From [Archangium] primigenium (GTDB lineage: Bacteria > Myxococcota > Myxococcia > Myxococcales > Myxococcaceae), in assembly GCF_016904885.1 (NCBI RefSeq), contig NZ_JADWYI010000001.1, forward strand, positions 7,177,224 through 7,241,223: 64,000 nucleotides of DNA, written 5' to 3'. A model generated the notes under the pieces. It was not told the origin of the DNA, ran no database searches, and worked only from the letters and a program-made list of their open reading frames with translations. Below, piece after piece: positions 18,233 through 27,532 of this stretch. Numbering within the stretch: position 1 is the first letter of the stretch; each line of letters opens with the position of its first letter. Position numbers and translations under genes: made by a program.

Positions 18233-19092
18233 GGCTCGTTGCCGAACGGATCGCCGAGCCCGCAGCCCCGGCCCGGCGCCTCGCCCATGCCGCGCTGCTT
18301 CTCGTCCCAGGAGCGGCCGTCGCGGTAGCCCCAGTGGTTGATGTCCACGATGTAGTTGACCTTGGAGATGAGCGTGCCGCGGCACAGGCGCTCGTCCCAG
18401 TTGCCTTCCTTGAGCGTGTCGAGCGTGCGCGACATGAGCTCCGTCATGAGCCAGGTGGGCACGAGGTCACGCTCGCACGGGTAGGCGAAGCGGAACATCA
18501 TCAGGTGGCTGAGCAGCACTTCCCAGTACCGGTCGAAGCGGCGCAGGAGCCGCGCCCAGTCCATGCCGTGCCCCATCTTGAGGATGAGGTGGTTGATGTC
18601 CGCGCCGTCATAGCGCTCGCGCTCGGTGACGAAGGCCTTGGACCAGATGGTCTCCTCGGCCGGGGACACCAGGCACTCGTGGCCGAACACCGGGGCGCGC
18701 CGCGCGTGCTCGAACCACTCGTCATCCACCGTGGCCACGCCGTTGCCCGAGGAGAAGATGAAGTCCACGAAGTAGTCGCCCCGCCAGGCCTTGTAGAGCC
18801 ACGCCTCGTCGGTGCGCTCGGTGCGCCAGCCGTCCTTCTCCAGCACCCGGAGCGCGTGCTGGGCGTCGTGCTTGCGGGGGAACAGGTCCAGGTCCTTCGT
18901 GTCCCGGTAGATGCCCGTATAGGTGGAGTACGCGTAGGCGCCTCCGACCAGGAAGGGGACGCCGGCGTCGAGCAGCACCTCGATGGCACGGCCCCGCGTG
19001 TTGAGTTCCTCGGGGTGACGCTGTCGCTCGGCCAGCGAGGCGTCGATGCCCATCTCCCCCGGATGATTGGAGTCTCGCTTTTCCGTTTCCAT
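18229..19092 (-). CDS. Nucleotidyltransferase-fold protein (minimal NTase family; function unknown)
   Basis: NTase-fold signature VGGAYAYSTYTGIYRDTKDLDLF (GG...DxD). 287 aa. Convergent with the ABC operon. Confidence 0.6.
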   Translation of the reverse strand: METEKRDSNHPGEMGIDASLAERQRHPEELNTRGRAIEVLLDAGVPFLVGGAYAYSTYTGIYRDTKDLDLFPRKHDAQHALRVLEKDGWRTERTDEAWLYKAWRGDYFVDFIFSSGNGVATVDDEWFEHARRAPVFGHECLVSPAEETIWSKAFVTERERYDGADINHLILKMGHGMDWARLLRRFDRYWEVLLSHLMMFRFAYPCERDLVPTWLMTELMSRTLDTLKEGNWDERLCRGTLISKVNYIVDINHWGYRDGRSWDEKQRGMGEAPGRGCGLGDPFGNEP

Positions 19093-19304
19093 GGAGGGAA
19101 GGTAGGAACGGGACTTATAGGTGCCTCAAAAGCGGTCCAATCCGCCTGGAGGGCAGCCAACCGTCCTGGCCAAGACCCTGGAACTCCTGGGGTTTTGCTT
19201 TTCGTGAGGGGGCGCTTTCTGTTTTCGCGCCCAGCGGTGTCCCTCCAGATGGAAGGGCTCACGGCGGCCATGAGGCCGCGGGGCCCCTCGCGAGGGGATG
19301 ACAC

Positions 19305-20285
19305 ATGACGACGCACACGAAGCTGTTGATGGCCGCGCTGGTGCTCACGGGCTGTGGCCGCATGGACGCGGCGACCGAGTTCCGCTCCGCCCTGCCCACT
19401 CGGGAGCAGGTGGAGGTGGGTGAGCCCCAGCAGAAGGGTCAGGCGCTCCGGGCGGACGAGGCCGTCCAGGGGCTCGAGCGCGACAAGACGAGTGAGCTGT
19501 ACCAGCTCACGCGCACCACCACGGCGTTCGTCAACGGCAACACCGTGGCCATCCTGGCGCTCATCGGCCGGGTGACGGAGCACACCCCCACGAGCCTCAC
19601 CGACGACACCGCGGTGTGGGGCCCCTACACCGAGGCGCTGGCGCGCAACGCCTGGCGGCTCACGGTGAAGAAGACGGGCGAGAACACCTACGCCTACGTG
19701 CTCGCGGGCAAGAACAAGCAGGCGGCGGACTCGGCCTTCGCCGACGTGCTCACCGGCACGCACACCCCCGTGCTGGACGAGGCCGGTGAGGTGACCAAGG
19801 GCTTTGGCCAGGGCGAGCTGGTGGTCGACTCGGACCGCCTGAAGAACCTGGGCGAGAGCGAGTCCGGAGAGGGCGCCCTGAGCGTGCAGTACGCGCGCCC
19901 GGACAGCACCAGCGCCGTCACCGTGAACGCGCAGTTCCGCCTGGGCCAGGGCAACAAGAGCCGCGAGGCCGACTACCGCTACCGCGCCGTGCCCGGCCAG
20001 GGGGGCGAGTTCGACTTCAAGATGCAGCGCGACCTGTACAAGCCGGCGGGCTCGTCCCAGCTGCTGGAGGACATCACCATCAAGAGCCGCTGGCAGGAGA
20101 CGGGCGCTGGCCGCTCGGACGTCAAGCTGTCGGGCGGGGACCTGGCGGCCGAGGCCACCCTCAACGAGTGCTGGAACACGGGCTTCAACAGCGCCTACCT
20201 GTTCTTCAGCCTCGAGGCCCAGCCGCGCTACGGCGTCGAGGCCACCGACTGCGTCTTCACGCCCGCCGTCTATTCGGCGTTGTAA
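19305..20285 (+). CDS. Hypothetical lipoprotein (paralogue of 23216..24178)
   Basis: Lipoprotein signal MTTHTKLLMAALVLTGCG. It shares conserved blocks with the downstream lipoprotein (TPTxxxDDTAVWGPY...; C-terminal ECWNTGF...TDCVF versus ECWDTRF...SACPDV). Confidence 0.7.
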   Translation: MTTHTKLLMAALVLTGCGRMDAATEFRSALPTREQVEVGEPQQKGQALRADEAVQGLERDKTSELYQLTRTTTAFVNGNTVAILALIGRVTEHTPTSLTDDTAVWGPYTEALARNAWRLTVKKTGENTYAYVLAGKNKQAADSAFADVLTGTHTPVLDEAGEVTKGFGQGELVVDSDRLKNLGESESGEGALSVQYARPDSTSAVTVNAQFRLGQGNKSREADYRYRAVPGQGGEFDFKMQRDLYKPAGSSQLLEDITIKSRWQETGAGRSDVKLSGGDLAAEATLNECWNTGFNSAYLFFSLEAQPRYGVEATDCVFTPAVYSAL

Positions 20286-20319
20286 GCTCTCCGCTCCCTC
20301 CGGGAGAGAAGAGGAGTGC

Positions 20320-20859
20320 GTGGCAGGCTCGACCCCATCCGCCCTGAAGGTCATCGCTGGCGGCCAGAAGGACCGGCGCGTCTTCCTGCGCGAGCTGTAC
20401 ACGGCGTACGGCGGCGGCGTGTACGGCCGCTGCCGCTACCTGCTCAAGGACGCCACGAAGGCCGAGGACGCGATGCAGGAGGTGTTCGCGCGCGTCCTGC
20501 AGCAGTCGGACCTGCCGCGCCAGGAGGGCACCACCCTGGCGTGGTTGATGAAGATCACCACCCACCACTGCCTCAACCTCTTGCGCGCCGAGCGGGCCCC
20601 CTGGCGGCGCTGGTTCGAGCGCGACGCGCGGGCCCGGCCCGAGGGCGCCGGGGGTGAGCAGGAGATGGAGACCCGGGAACTGGTGCGCTCGCTGCTCTCG
20701 CGCGTGGACCTGGAGACCCAGGCGGCGGTGGTGCACTACTGGGTGGATGACATGACGCTGGAAGAGGTGGCCGCGCTGGTGGGCCGCTCGGTCCCCACGG
20801 TGCGCAAGCGCCTGGAGGGCTTCGCCGCCCTGACGAACGAGGAGCTGAGGGTCTCATGA
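20320..20859 (+). CDS. ECF-family RNA polymerase sigma factor
   Basis: GTG start preceded by GGAGAGAAGAGGAG. Region 2 (DAMQEVFARVLQQ) and region 4 HTH (MTLEEVAALVGRSVPTVRKRL). Confidence 0.85.
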   Translation: MAGSTPSALKVIAGGQKDRRVFLRELYTAYGGGVYGRCRYLLKDATKAEDAMQEVFARVLQQSDLPRQEGTTLAWLMKITTHHCLNLLRAERAPWRRWFERDARARPEGAGGEQEMETRELVRSLLSRVDLETQAAVVHYWVDDMTLEEVAALVGRSVPTVRKRLEGFAALTNEELRVS

Positions 20860-21608
20860 GCGCGCATCAGACGGAATGGACGTTGAGGCGACTGCGCGCC
20901 GGGGAGTTCTCCGGCACGGAGGCGCGGCAGATCCAGGCCCACCTGACGACCTGCTCCCCGTGCGCGCAGGTGCTCCAGCGACTGGAAGAGGAACAGACGC
21001 GCTTCGAGGCGCAGGTGCCCTTCGAGCGCTTCGAGGCGGGGGTGCTCGGCGCCCAGCGCGACCCGCGCCACACGCCCGCGCAGCCGCGCGTCAACGGCTT
21101 CCTCGTGGCGGTGGCGGCCACGGTGCTGCTCGCGGTGGTCGTGCGGCCCCTGCTCGAGCCCGAGGGCGGCAACCGGCTCAAGGGCGGCGGGGCCTCGGCG
21201 GACTTGCGCATCGGGGGCGGCGGGCCCCAGCGCTCGGTGCCGCCCGGGGAGCTGGAGCCGCTGCTGCCCGGCGAGCGCGCGCGCCTGGGGTACGTGGCCG
21301 GGCCCCACCAGTACGTGCTGGCGGTGTCGGTGGATGACACGGGCGAGGTCTCCACCTTGTACGCCGAGGAGGAGCGGAGCCTGCCGGTGAAGCCCGGCAC
21401 GGAGCGGCACTGGTTGCCCGAGAGCCTGGAGTTCACCGGCAAGGGACAGGAGCGGGTGATGGTGCTGCTGAGCGACCGCCCCCTGAGGGTGGAGGCCGTG
21501 CGAGAAGCGGCGCGCACCGCCTGGGAGCGCGCGGGCGGCAAGGTGTCCGACATGACGCCGCTCGGCCTGGAAGGCGAGGAGATCCACTGGCTGCTGCGCA
21601 AGCCATGA
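20856..21608 (+). CDS. Anti-sigma factor (zinc-finger ZAS-type N-terminus, single TM, extracytoplasmic domain)
   Basis: Overlaps the sigma stop (ATGA). HLTTCSPCAQ motif (HxxxCxxC). TM helix GFLVAVAATVLLAVVV. Confidence 0.8.
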   Translation: MSAHQTEWTLRRLRAGEFSGTEARQIQAHLTTCSPCAQVLQRLEEEQTRFEAQVPFERFEAGVLGAQRDPRHTPAQPRVNGFLVAVAATVLLAVVVRPLLEPEGGNRLKGGGASADLRIGGGGPQRSVPPGELEPLLPGERARLGYVAGPHQYVLAVSVDDTGEVSTLYAEEERSLPVKPGTERHWLPESLEFTGKGQERVMVLLSDRPLRVEAVREAARTAWERAGGKVSDMTPLGLEGEEIHWLLRKP

Positions 21609-23203
21609 GCCGCGGGGGTTGGGCCGGGTGGTGCCTGGCGCTGTGGCTGGCGTGCGGGAGCGCCCAGGCCGCGCCCCTGCGCCGCTTCGCCCTGGTGGCG
21701 GGCAATGACGAGGGGGGCGCGGACACCCGCCCCTTGCGCTTCGCGACCGAGGACGCGCGCAAGCTGCACGCGCTGCTCGTGCGGCTCGGCGGCGTGGCGC
21801 TCGGGGACGCGCGGCTGCTGCTGGACGCCGGGCCGGAGGACTTCCTGCGCGCGCTCGCCCAGTTGGAGCGGGAGTCGGCCGCGGCGCGGGCCCGGGGCGA
21901 GCGCACCGAGCTGCTCGTCTACTACTCGGGGCACGCGAAGGACGACACGCTGCGCATGGGCACCCAGACGCTGGGGCTCGACACGCTCAAGCACCGGCTG
22001 GCGGCCGCGCCCGCGGACGTGCGCATCGCCATCCTGGATGCGTGCCGCTCCGGCCGCATCACGCGCGCCAAGGGCGCCCGCCGGGCCCCGGCCTTCAGCA
22101 TCGACGCGGGCGCGGGACGCGAGGCGCGGGGGCTGGTGCTGCTCACCTCCAGCGCGGCGGACGAGGACTCGCAGGAGTCGGATCTGCTCGGGGGCAGCTA
22201 CTTCACCCACCACCTGCTCAGCGGGCTCATGGGGGACGCGGATCGCTCGGGCGACGGGCAGGTGACGCTCTTCGAGGCCTACTCCCATGCCTACGCGCGC
22301 ACGGTGGCGGACACGGCGGACAGCGGCGCCGGGCCCCAGCACCCCACGTTCAGCTACGACCTGTCCGGCAACGGCGACGTGGTGCTCACGGACCTGCGGG
22401 GCCGCGACGAGGGGCTGCTCGTCCCGGCGTCCGCGCCTCCGGGCCCCTACTACTTCGTGAATGGCGCGGGGCTGGTGGTGGCCGAGGTGGACAAGGCCGC
22501 GGGTACCGAGCGCCGCCTCGCGCTGGCCCCGGGCGCCTACGCGGTGAAGCGGCGGCTGTCGGATCGGCTGCGGGTGGGCCAGATCGAGGTGCGGCGCGGG
22601 GACACCACCGTGCTCGACGAGTCCCGGCTGCGCGACGCGCCCTTCTCGGACGATCCCGTCAAGGGCGTGCCGCCCCTGCCCCGGCCCCGGCGCACCTACT
22701 GGACGCTCGGCGTCAACGCCGGCTACCACTCCGTCTTCGACGCCCCCGCGCGCGAGAACCTCTTCCTGGCCACGCCCCTCGTCGGACTGGAAGGCGGCCT
22801 GTTCCACTACTTCCGCGAGGACTGGCGCTGGGACCTGGACGTGTCCATGGGCACGCGCCGGGCCACGCTGAACCTGCCCACCCTCTCGGGACCGGCCTAT
22901 CGCTACACCCTGCTGACCGCGGGCACCTCGCTCGTGGCCGAGTGGCCTCGGGGGCGGTGGAGCCCGTTTCTGGGCGCGCGCCTGGCCTACCTCGTCGTGA
23001 ACCGGACCTTCGACGACCCGGACCTGCCCACGCAGTACTACGCGGTGTTCACCCCGGGCGTGGTGGCGGGCGCGCGCTGGCGGCTCACGGACCACGTCGA
23101 GCTGACCGCTCGCGCCCGCGGCCATTACCTCCTCTACACCGTCGACGCGCGTCGCTCCCTGGGCTACTGGGAGCTGGGCGCGCTCGTGACCTACCGACTC
23201 TGA
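21605..23203 (+). CDS. Secreted caspase-family (peptidase C14) protein with C-terminal beta-barrel-like domain
   Basis: Overlaps the anti-sigma stop (ATGA). Signal peptide MSRGGWAGWCLALWLACGSAQA. Catalytic His (YYSGHAKDD) and Cys (ILDACRSG) of the caspase His-Cys dyad. The C-terminal ~230 aa show alternating hydrophobic beta-strand patterns. Confidence 0.8.
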   Translation: MSRGGWAGWCLALWLACGSAQAAPLRRFALVAGNDEGGADTRPLRFATEDARKLHALLVRLGGVALGDARLLLDAGPEDFLRALAQLERESAAARARGERTELLVYYSGHAKDDTLRMGTQTLGLDTLKHRLAAAPADVRIAILDACRSGRITRAKGARRAPAFSIDAGAGREARGLVLLTSSAADEDSQESDLLGGSYFTHHLLSGLMGDADRSGDGQVTLFEAYSHAYARTVADTADSGAGPQHPTFSYDLSGNGDVVLTDLRGRDEGLLVPASAPPGPYYFVNGAGLVVAEVDKAAGTERRLALAPGAYAVKRRLSDRLRVGQIEVRRGDTTVLDESRLRDAPFSDDPVKGVPPLPRPRRTYWTLGVNAGYHSVFDAPARENLFLATPLVGLEGGLFHYFREDWRWDLDVSMGTRRATLNLPTLSGPAYRYTLLTAGTSLVAEWPRGRWSPFLGARLAYLVVNRTFDDPDLPTQYYAVFTPGVVAGARWRLTDHVELTARARGHYLLYTVDARRSLGYWELGALVTYRL

Positions 23204-23215
23204 CGGGAGCGCGTG

Positions 23216-24178
23216 ATGCGAACCTGCGCACTGGGACTGCTGGGCCTGCTCGCCACCGCGTGTGGCGGCAACTTCTCCAACGACGACCTCGAGTTCCTCA
23301 ACGCCCTGCCCGCGCGCACGCAGCTCATGTCCAAGCTGCCCCGGCGCCAGGCCACGGGGCAGGCCCTGACCGCGCGCCCCCTCGCGGACAAGCCCATCGC
23401 CGTGGGAGACCCCTCGGGCCTCTACGCGCAGACCCATGAGGCCTCGGAGCGGTTCAACGCGGCGCTCGAGGGGTTGCTCACGAGGCTCGAGCGCATCCGC
23501 GCCCAGACGCCCACGACGCGCGAGCCGGACCTGCGCATCTGGGGGCCGGTGGAGGACCGGGAGCACACCGGCCACCAGGTGCGCTTCGTCATGACACGGC
23601 GGGAGGGCTTCTTCACGTACCAGCTCCAGTACAAGCCCCGGGGCCAGGGCGAGGAGGGCTGGTGGTCCTTCGTGGAGGGCACCTTCGAGGCGCAGGGCGG
23701 GCTGCGCGAGGGCACGGGCACGGTGAGCCTCCAGGTCGCCCTGGCGCGCGCCCATGGCTTCGACCTGGGCGGCCTCGCGAGCTACCGGCGGCTGGACGTG
23801 GCCTACCAGACGCGCGAGCCGCCCCTGCGGGTGCAGATGGACTTCGTGCCGACGGGCCTGGGGCGCGCGGCCCTGCGCTACACCTACCGCGAGGCGCGCG
23901 AGGGCTTCGGGGAGATGACCTTCCTGCTCGAGGACACCGCCGTGCTGCCGGGCAACCAGCGCGCGGACCTGTCCGTCCTCAGCCGGTGGACGCAGGCCGG
24001 TGACGGGGTGGCGCGCGCCGTGGCCACGGGCGGTGACATCCCCCCGGCGCTCGACGTCACCCAGGTGGAGTGCTGGGACACCCGCTTCGGCATCACCTAC
24101 TTCCAGCGCGGCTGGGAGGCGGACAGCGAGGTGGGCCACCCCAGCGCCTGTCCGGACGTGTCCCTGCTCGCGCGCTGA
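23216..24178 (+). CDS. Hypothetical lipoprotein (paralogue of 19305..20285)
   Basis: ATG at 23216 (the track starts at GTG 23213). Lipobox LLATACGG. Conserved blocks are shared with the upstream lipoprotein. Confidence 0.7.
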   Translation: MRTCALGLLGLLATACGGNFSNDDLEFLNALPARTQLMSKLPRRQATGQALTARPLADKPIAVGDPSGLYAQTHEASERFNAALEGLLTRLERIRAQTPTTREPDLRIWGPVEDREHTGHQVRFVMTRREGFFTYQLQYKPRGQGEEGWWSFVEGTFEAQGGLREGTGTVSLQVALARAHGFDLGGLASYRRLDVAYQTREPPLRVQMDFVPTGLGRAALRYTYREAREGFGEMTFLLEDTAVLPGNQRADLSVLSRWTQAGDGVARAVATGGDIPPALDVTQVECWDTRFGITYFQRGWEADSEVGHPSACPDVSLLAR

Positions 24179-24188
24179 GCCCGTGCGC

Positions 24189-25595
24189 TCACATGTCCTC
24201 GAGCTCCTTGTTCTTCGTCTCGCGCACGAAGAAGATCACGAAGAAGAGCGAGGCCACCGCGGCCGCGGTGTACAGCCCGTAGGCGAGCCCCAGGCTCACC
24301 GTGCGCAGGCTCGGGAAGGTCGCCGAGACGACGAAGTTGGCCACCCACTGCGCGCAGCCGGCGAGCGACAGGGCCCGGGCGCGGATGCGGTTGTTGAACA
24401 TCTCCCCGAGCAGCACCCACACCACCGGCCCCCACGACAGGCCGAAGCAGAAGACGTAGACGTTGGCGGCCACCAGGGCGATCACGTTCGAGTGGCCTTG
24501 CAGCAGGGGCGTGCCCGAGGCATCCACCGGGGCCGTGCCGAACACGAACGCCAGCGTGCCGAGCGTGAGCGCCATGCCCACCGAGCCCACGATGAGCAGG
24601 GGCTTGCGCCCGAAGCGGTCCACGGTGGCGATGGCGATGAAGGTGGTGACGATGTTGGTGACGCTGGTGATGACGGTGATGGCCAGCGAGTCCTTCTCCG
24701 AGAAGCCCACCGCCTGCCAGAGGATGCTCGAGTAGTAGAAGATGACGTTGATGCCCACGAACTGCTGGAACACCGACAGCGCGATGCCCGCCCACACGAT
24801 GGGCAGCAGGCCCAGGCGCCCGCGCAGGTCCGCGAACCGGCTGCGCTCCTCGGTGGAGATCGTGCGGCGGATCTCCCCCATCTTCGCCTCCGCGCCCCGG
24901 CCGATGATGGTGCGCAGCACGGACAGCGCCTTGTCGTCGCGCCGCTTGGCCACGAGGTAGCGCGGCGACTCGGGAATCATGAGCGCCCCCACGCCGTAGA
25001 GCACGGCGATGGGCAGCTCGGACAGGAGCATCCAGCGCCAGGCGGACAGGCCGAGCCAGTAGGGGTTCTCCGCGGAGCCGGCCGAGGTGGCGATGAAGTA
25101 GTCCACGAGCAGCGCGGAGAAGATGCCCGTCACGATCGCCAGTTGCTGCAGGGAGCCGAGCCGCCCCCGGAGGTGCGCTGGCGCGATCTCCGCGATGTAC
25201 GCCGGCGCGATGACGCTGGCGATGCCCACCGCGATGCCGCCCACCAGTCGCCACAGGCTCAGGTCCACGAGCCCGAAGGCCAGGCCCGAGCCCACGGTGC
25301 TCACGGCGAAGAGCACCGAGGCCACCACCATCACCCGGATGCGGCCCAGCCGGTCGGCGAGCTGTCCTCCGACGAACGCGCCCACCGCCGAGCCGAGCAG
25401 CGCCGAGGACACCGCCAGGCCGATGGCGGTGTCGCCCGCCTGGAACACCGCGGCCAGGGCCCCCACCGTGCCGTTGATGACGGAGGTGTCGAAACCGAAC
25501 AGGAAGCCGCCCAGGGCCGCCACCGAGGAGATGAGAACGACCTTGGGGACCGAGCCTTCCTCGGCCACCGCCGCGCCTGCGCGCACCCGCTCCAT
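24189..25595 (-). CDS. MFS sugar porter family transporter
   Basis: 468 aa with 12 TM segments. Sugar-porter motifs (GRLGRIRVM..., PESPRYL, RFGRKPLLIVG, VRETKNKELEDM end). Confidence 0.9.
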   Translation of the reverse strand: MERVRAGAAVAEEGSVPKVVLISSVAALGGFLFGFDTSVINGTVGALAAVFQAGDTAIGLAVSSALLGSAVGAFVGGQLADRLGRIRVMVVASVLFAVSTVGSGLAFGLVDLSLWRLVGGIAVGIASVIAPAYIAEIAPAHLRGRLGSLQQLAIVTGIFSALLVDYFIATSAGSAENPYWLGLSAWRWMLLSELPIAVLYGVGALMIPESPRYLVAKRRDDKALSVLRTIIGRGAEAKMGEIRRTISTEERSRFADLRGRLGLLPIVWAGIALSVFQQFVGINVIFYYSSILWQAVGFSEKDSLAITVITSVTNIVTTFIAIATVDRFGRKPLLIVGSVGMALTLGTLAFVFGTAPVDASGTPLLQGHSNVIALVAANVYVFCFGLSWGPVVWVLLGEMFNNRIRARALSLAGCAQWVANFVVSATFPSLRTVSLGLAYGLYTAAAVASLFFVIFFVRETKNKELEDM

Positions 25596-25700
25596 CCACG
25601 CCTCCCGGTCAACGGGCCCACTCGCGGATCCAACATCCGCACGCCGGGCGCCGCGTCATCCCCCCTTCGCGCCGGGATGTTCGCCGCTGAAACCTCGCGC

Positions 25701-27062
25701 TCAGGCCGAGCCCATCACCGCCACCCGCGAGGACAGGAGCTCCTCGGGGATGGGCAGGGTGATGCGCAGGCGGGCCCCGCCCTCGGGCCGGTTGCTCGCC
25801 GTGAGGGCCCCGCCGAACTGCTCCACCAGCTCGCGCGACAGGTTGAGCCCCAGCCCGGTGCCCCGCTCCGGCCCCTTGGTGGTGAAGAAGGCCTCGAAGA
25901 GCCGGGGCAGGACGTGGGGGGCGAAGCCCGGGCCGTTGTCCTCCACGAGCAGCACCACGTTGGCGCCCTCGATCCGGCCCGTCACCCAGATCTCCCCCGC
26001 CTGCCCGCCCCGCGACTCCAGCACGTCCGCCGCGTTGACGAGCAGGTTGAGCACCACCTGCACCAGCCGCTGCCGCACCGCCACCACGTGCGGCAGATCC
26101 ACGGGCACGTCCGTGCGCAAGAGCGCCACGTGCCGCAGCTTGAGCGACGCGAGCTTCATGGCGTCGGCCACCACGTCCGCCAGGGCACACTCGGCCGTCT
26201 CGTTCGTGTCCATCCGGGAGAAGCCCTTGAGGTCCGCGACGATCTGCTGGATGTGCTGCACGCCCACGCGCGTCTCGGAGAGAACCTCGGCCAGGGCCTC
26301 GCGGTCCAGGGAGGCGGCGGCCAGGAGCTCCTCGCGCACGAAGTCCACGTTGGAGCCCACGTAGGCCAGGGGGTTGCTCACCTCGTGTGCCACCCCCGAC
26401 GCCAGTCGGCCCACGATGGCCAGCTTCTCCGACTGCGCGCGCCGGTGCTCGCTCTGGGCCAGGGCCTCCAGCGTCTCGCGCCGCGCGCGCTCGAGCCGCA
26501 TCTGCTGCTCGGCCTGGTGCACGTAGAGCGCCTGACGGCAGAGCACGTCCGCCAGCACCCCCACCCCCAGCATGAGCATCAACCAAGTGCTCGCCTCGGG
26601 CAGGGGCCGGTGCCACAGCAGCACGAGCACGCCGGTGCCCAGCAGCCCCATGGCGCTGCTGATGAAGGTGGCGCGGCGGTTCTGCCCGAACAACAGGGCG
26701 ATGCTCATCGGCATGATGGGCAGCAGGATGACGAAGGGGCTGTCCAGCCCGCCCATCTCGTGCACCAGGCCCACGATGCACATGCTGCTGAGCACGAGCG
26801 ACACGTACTGCGTCCCGCGCCCCAGCGGCGTGGAGGGCCGCGCGTGCACCTCGCGCATGACCAGCAGGCAGCCCAGCACCGTCGCCCGGTAGAGCAGCGC
26901 CCGGCCGTTGATCCGGCCCAGGTAGAGCAGATCCACCACCACCGAGCCGAGCAGCAGCGCGGTGAGCGCCAGCATGGACTGGTTGTTCCAGAAGAAATGG
27001 GACCGATGGGCTCCGGGCACGGGGGGGTGTTTTCCAGAAGGACGGAGCGGGGAGTTGATCAT
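25701..27062 (-). CDS. Membrane-bound sensor histidine kinase (multi-TM N-terminus, HisKA + HATPase_c); no adjacent response regulator
   Basis: H-box SGVAHEVSNPLAYV; N box; G1 DNGPGF; G2 GTGLGL. 5-6 N-terminal TM helices. The start may be an internal Met. Confidence 0.8.
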   Translation of the reverse strand: MINSPLRPSGKHPPVPGAHRSHFFWNNQSMLALTALLLGSVVVDLLYLGRINGRALLYRATVLGCLLVMREVHARPSTPLGRGTQYVSLVLSSMCIVGLVHEMGGLDSPFVILLPIMPMSIALLFGQNRRATFISSAMGLLGTGVLVLLWHRPLPEASTWLMLMLGVGVLADVLCRQALYVHQAEQQMRLERARRETLEALAQSEHRRAQSEKLAIVGRLASGVAHEVSNPLAYVGSNVDFVREELLAAASLDREALAEVLSETRVGVQHIQQIVADLKGFSRMDTNETAECALADVVADAMKLASLKLRHVALLRTDVPVDLPHVVAVRQRLVQVVLNLLVNAADVLESRGGQAGEIWVTGRIEGANVVLLVEDNGPGFAPHVLPRLFEAFFTTKGPERGTGLGLNLSRELVEQFGGALTASNRPEGGARLRITLPIPEELLSSRVAVMGSA

Positions 27063-27240
27063 GCGGTCGGGGATCAGCCGTTTCTGGGAAGTCCTTGGAA
27101 TAAGGGGAAGAGTAGCACACGGAGGGCAAGCGCCGGGTCTCCCGCTTGACCTGGGAGGACGTCCTTCCTTGACTCAACACAGGGGTCTCTTTACGTTGGG
27201 TTCCTTTCCCCGCGTTCTTCCGCGATAGGATTTCTGAACC

Positions 27241-27483
27241 ATGGCTCGCGTCACAGTCGAAGACTGCCTCCCCCTGGTCGACAACCGCTTCGCGCTCGTG
27301 CTGCTGGCGGCCAAGCGCGCCCGTCAGCTCATGGCCGGCGCCCGCCCCATCATCGACATCTCCAAGAACAAGCCGCCGGTGCTCTCGCTGCGCGAGGTGG
27401 CCACGGGCCGCGTGAAGTTCGACCGGGACGTGCGCGAGGCGCTCACCGGCAAGTACGCCGCCAAGGATCCCAAGGAGTTCTGA
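27241..27483 (+). CDS. rpoZ: DNA-directed RNA polymerase subunit omega
   Basis: [10 protein letters not shown]...[16 protein letters not shown] signature. 80 aa. Confidence 0.9.
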   Translation: MARVTVEDCLPLVDNRFALVLLAAKRARQLMAGARPIIDISKNKPPVLSLREVATGRVKFDRDVREALTGKYAAKDPKEF

Positions 27484-27532
27484 GTCGCGCGCCGGGCGGG
27501 TCGCGGGCCGGCCCCCCGGGCGGCCCGTGCCG

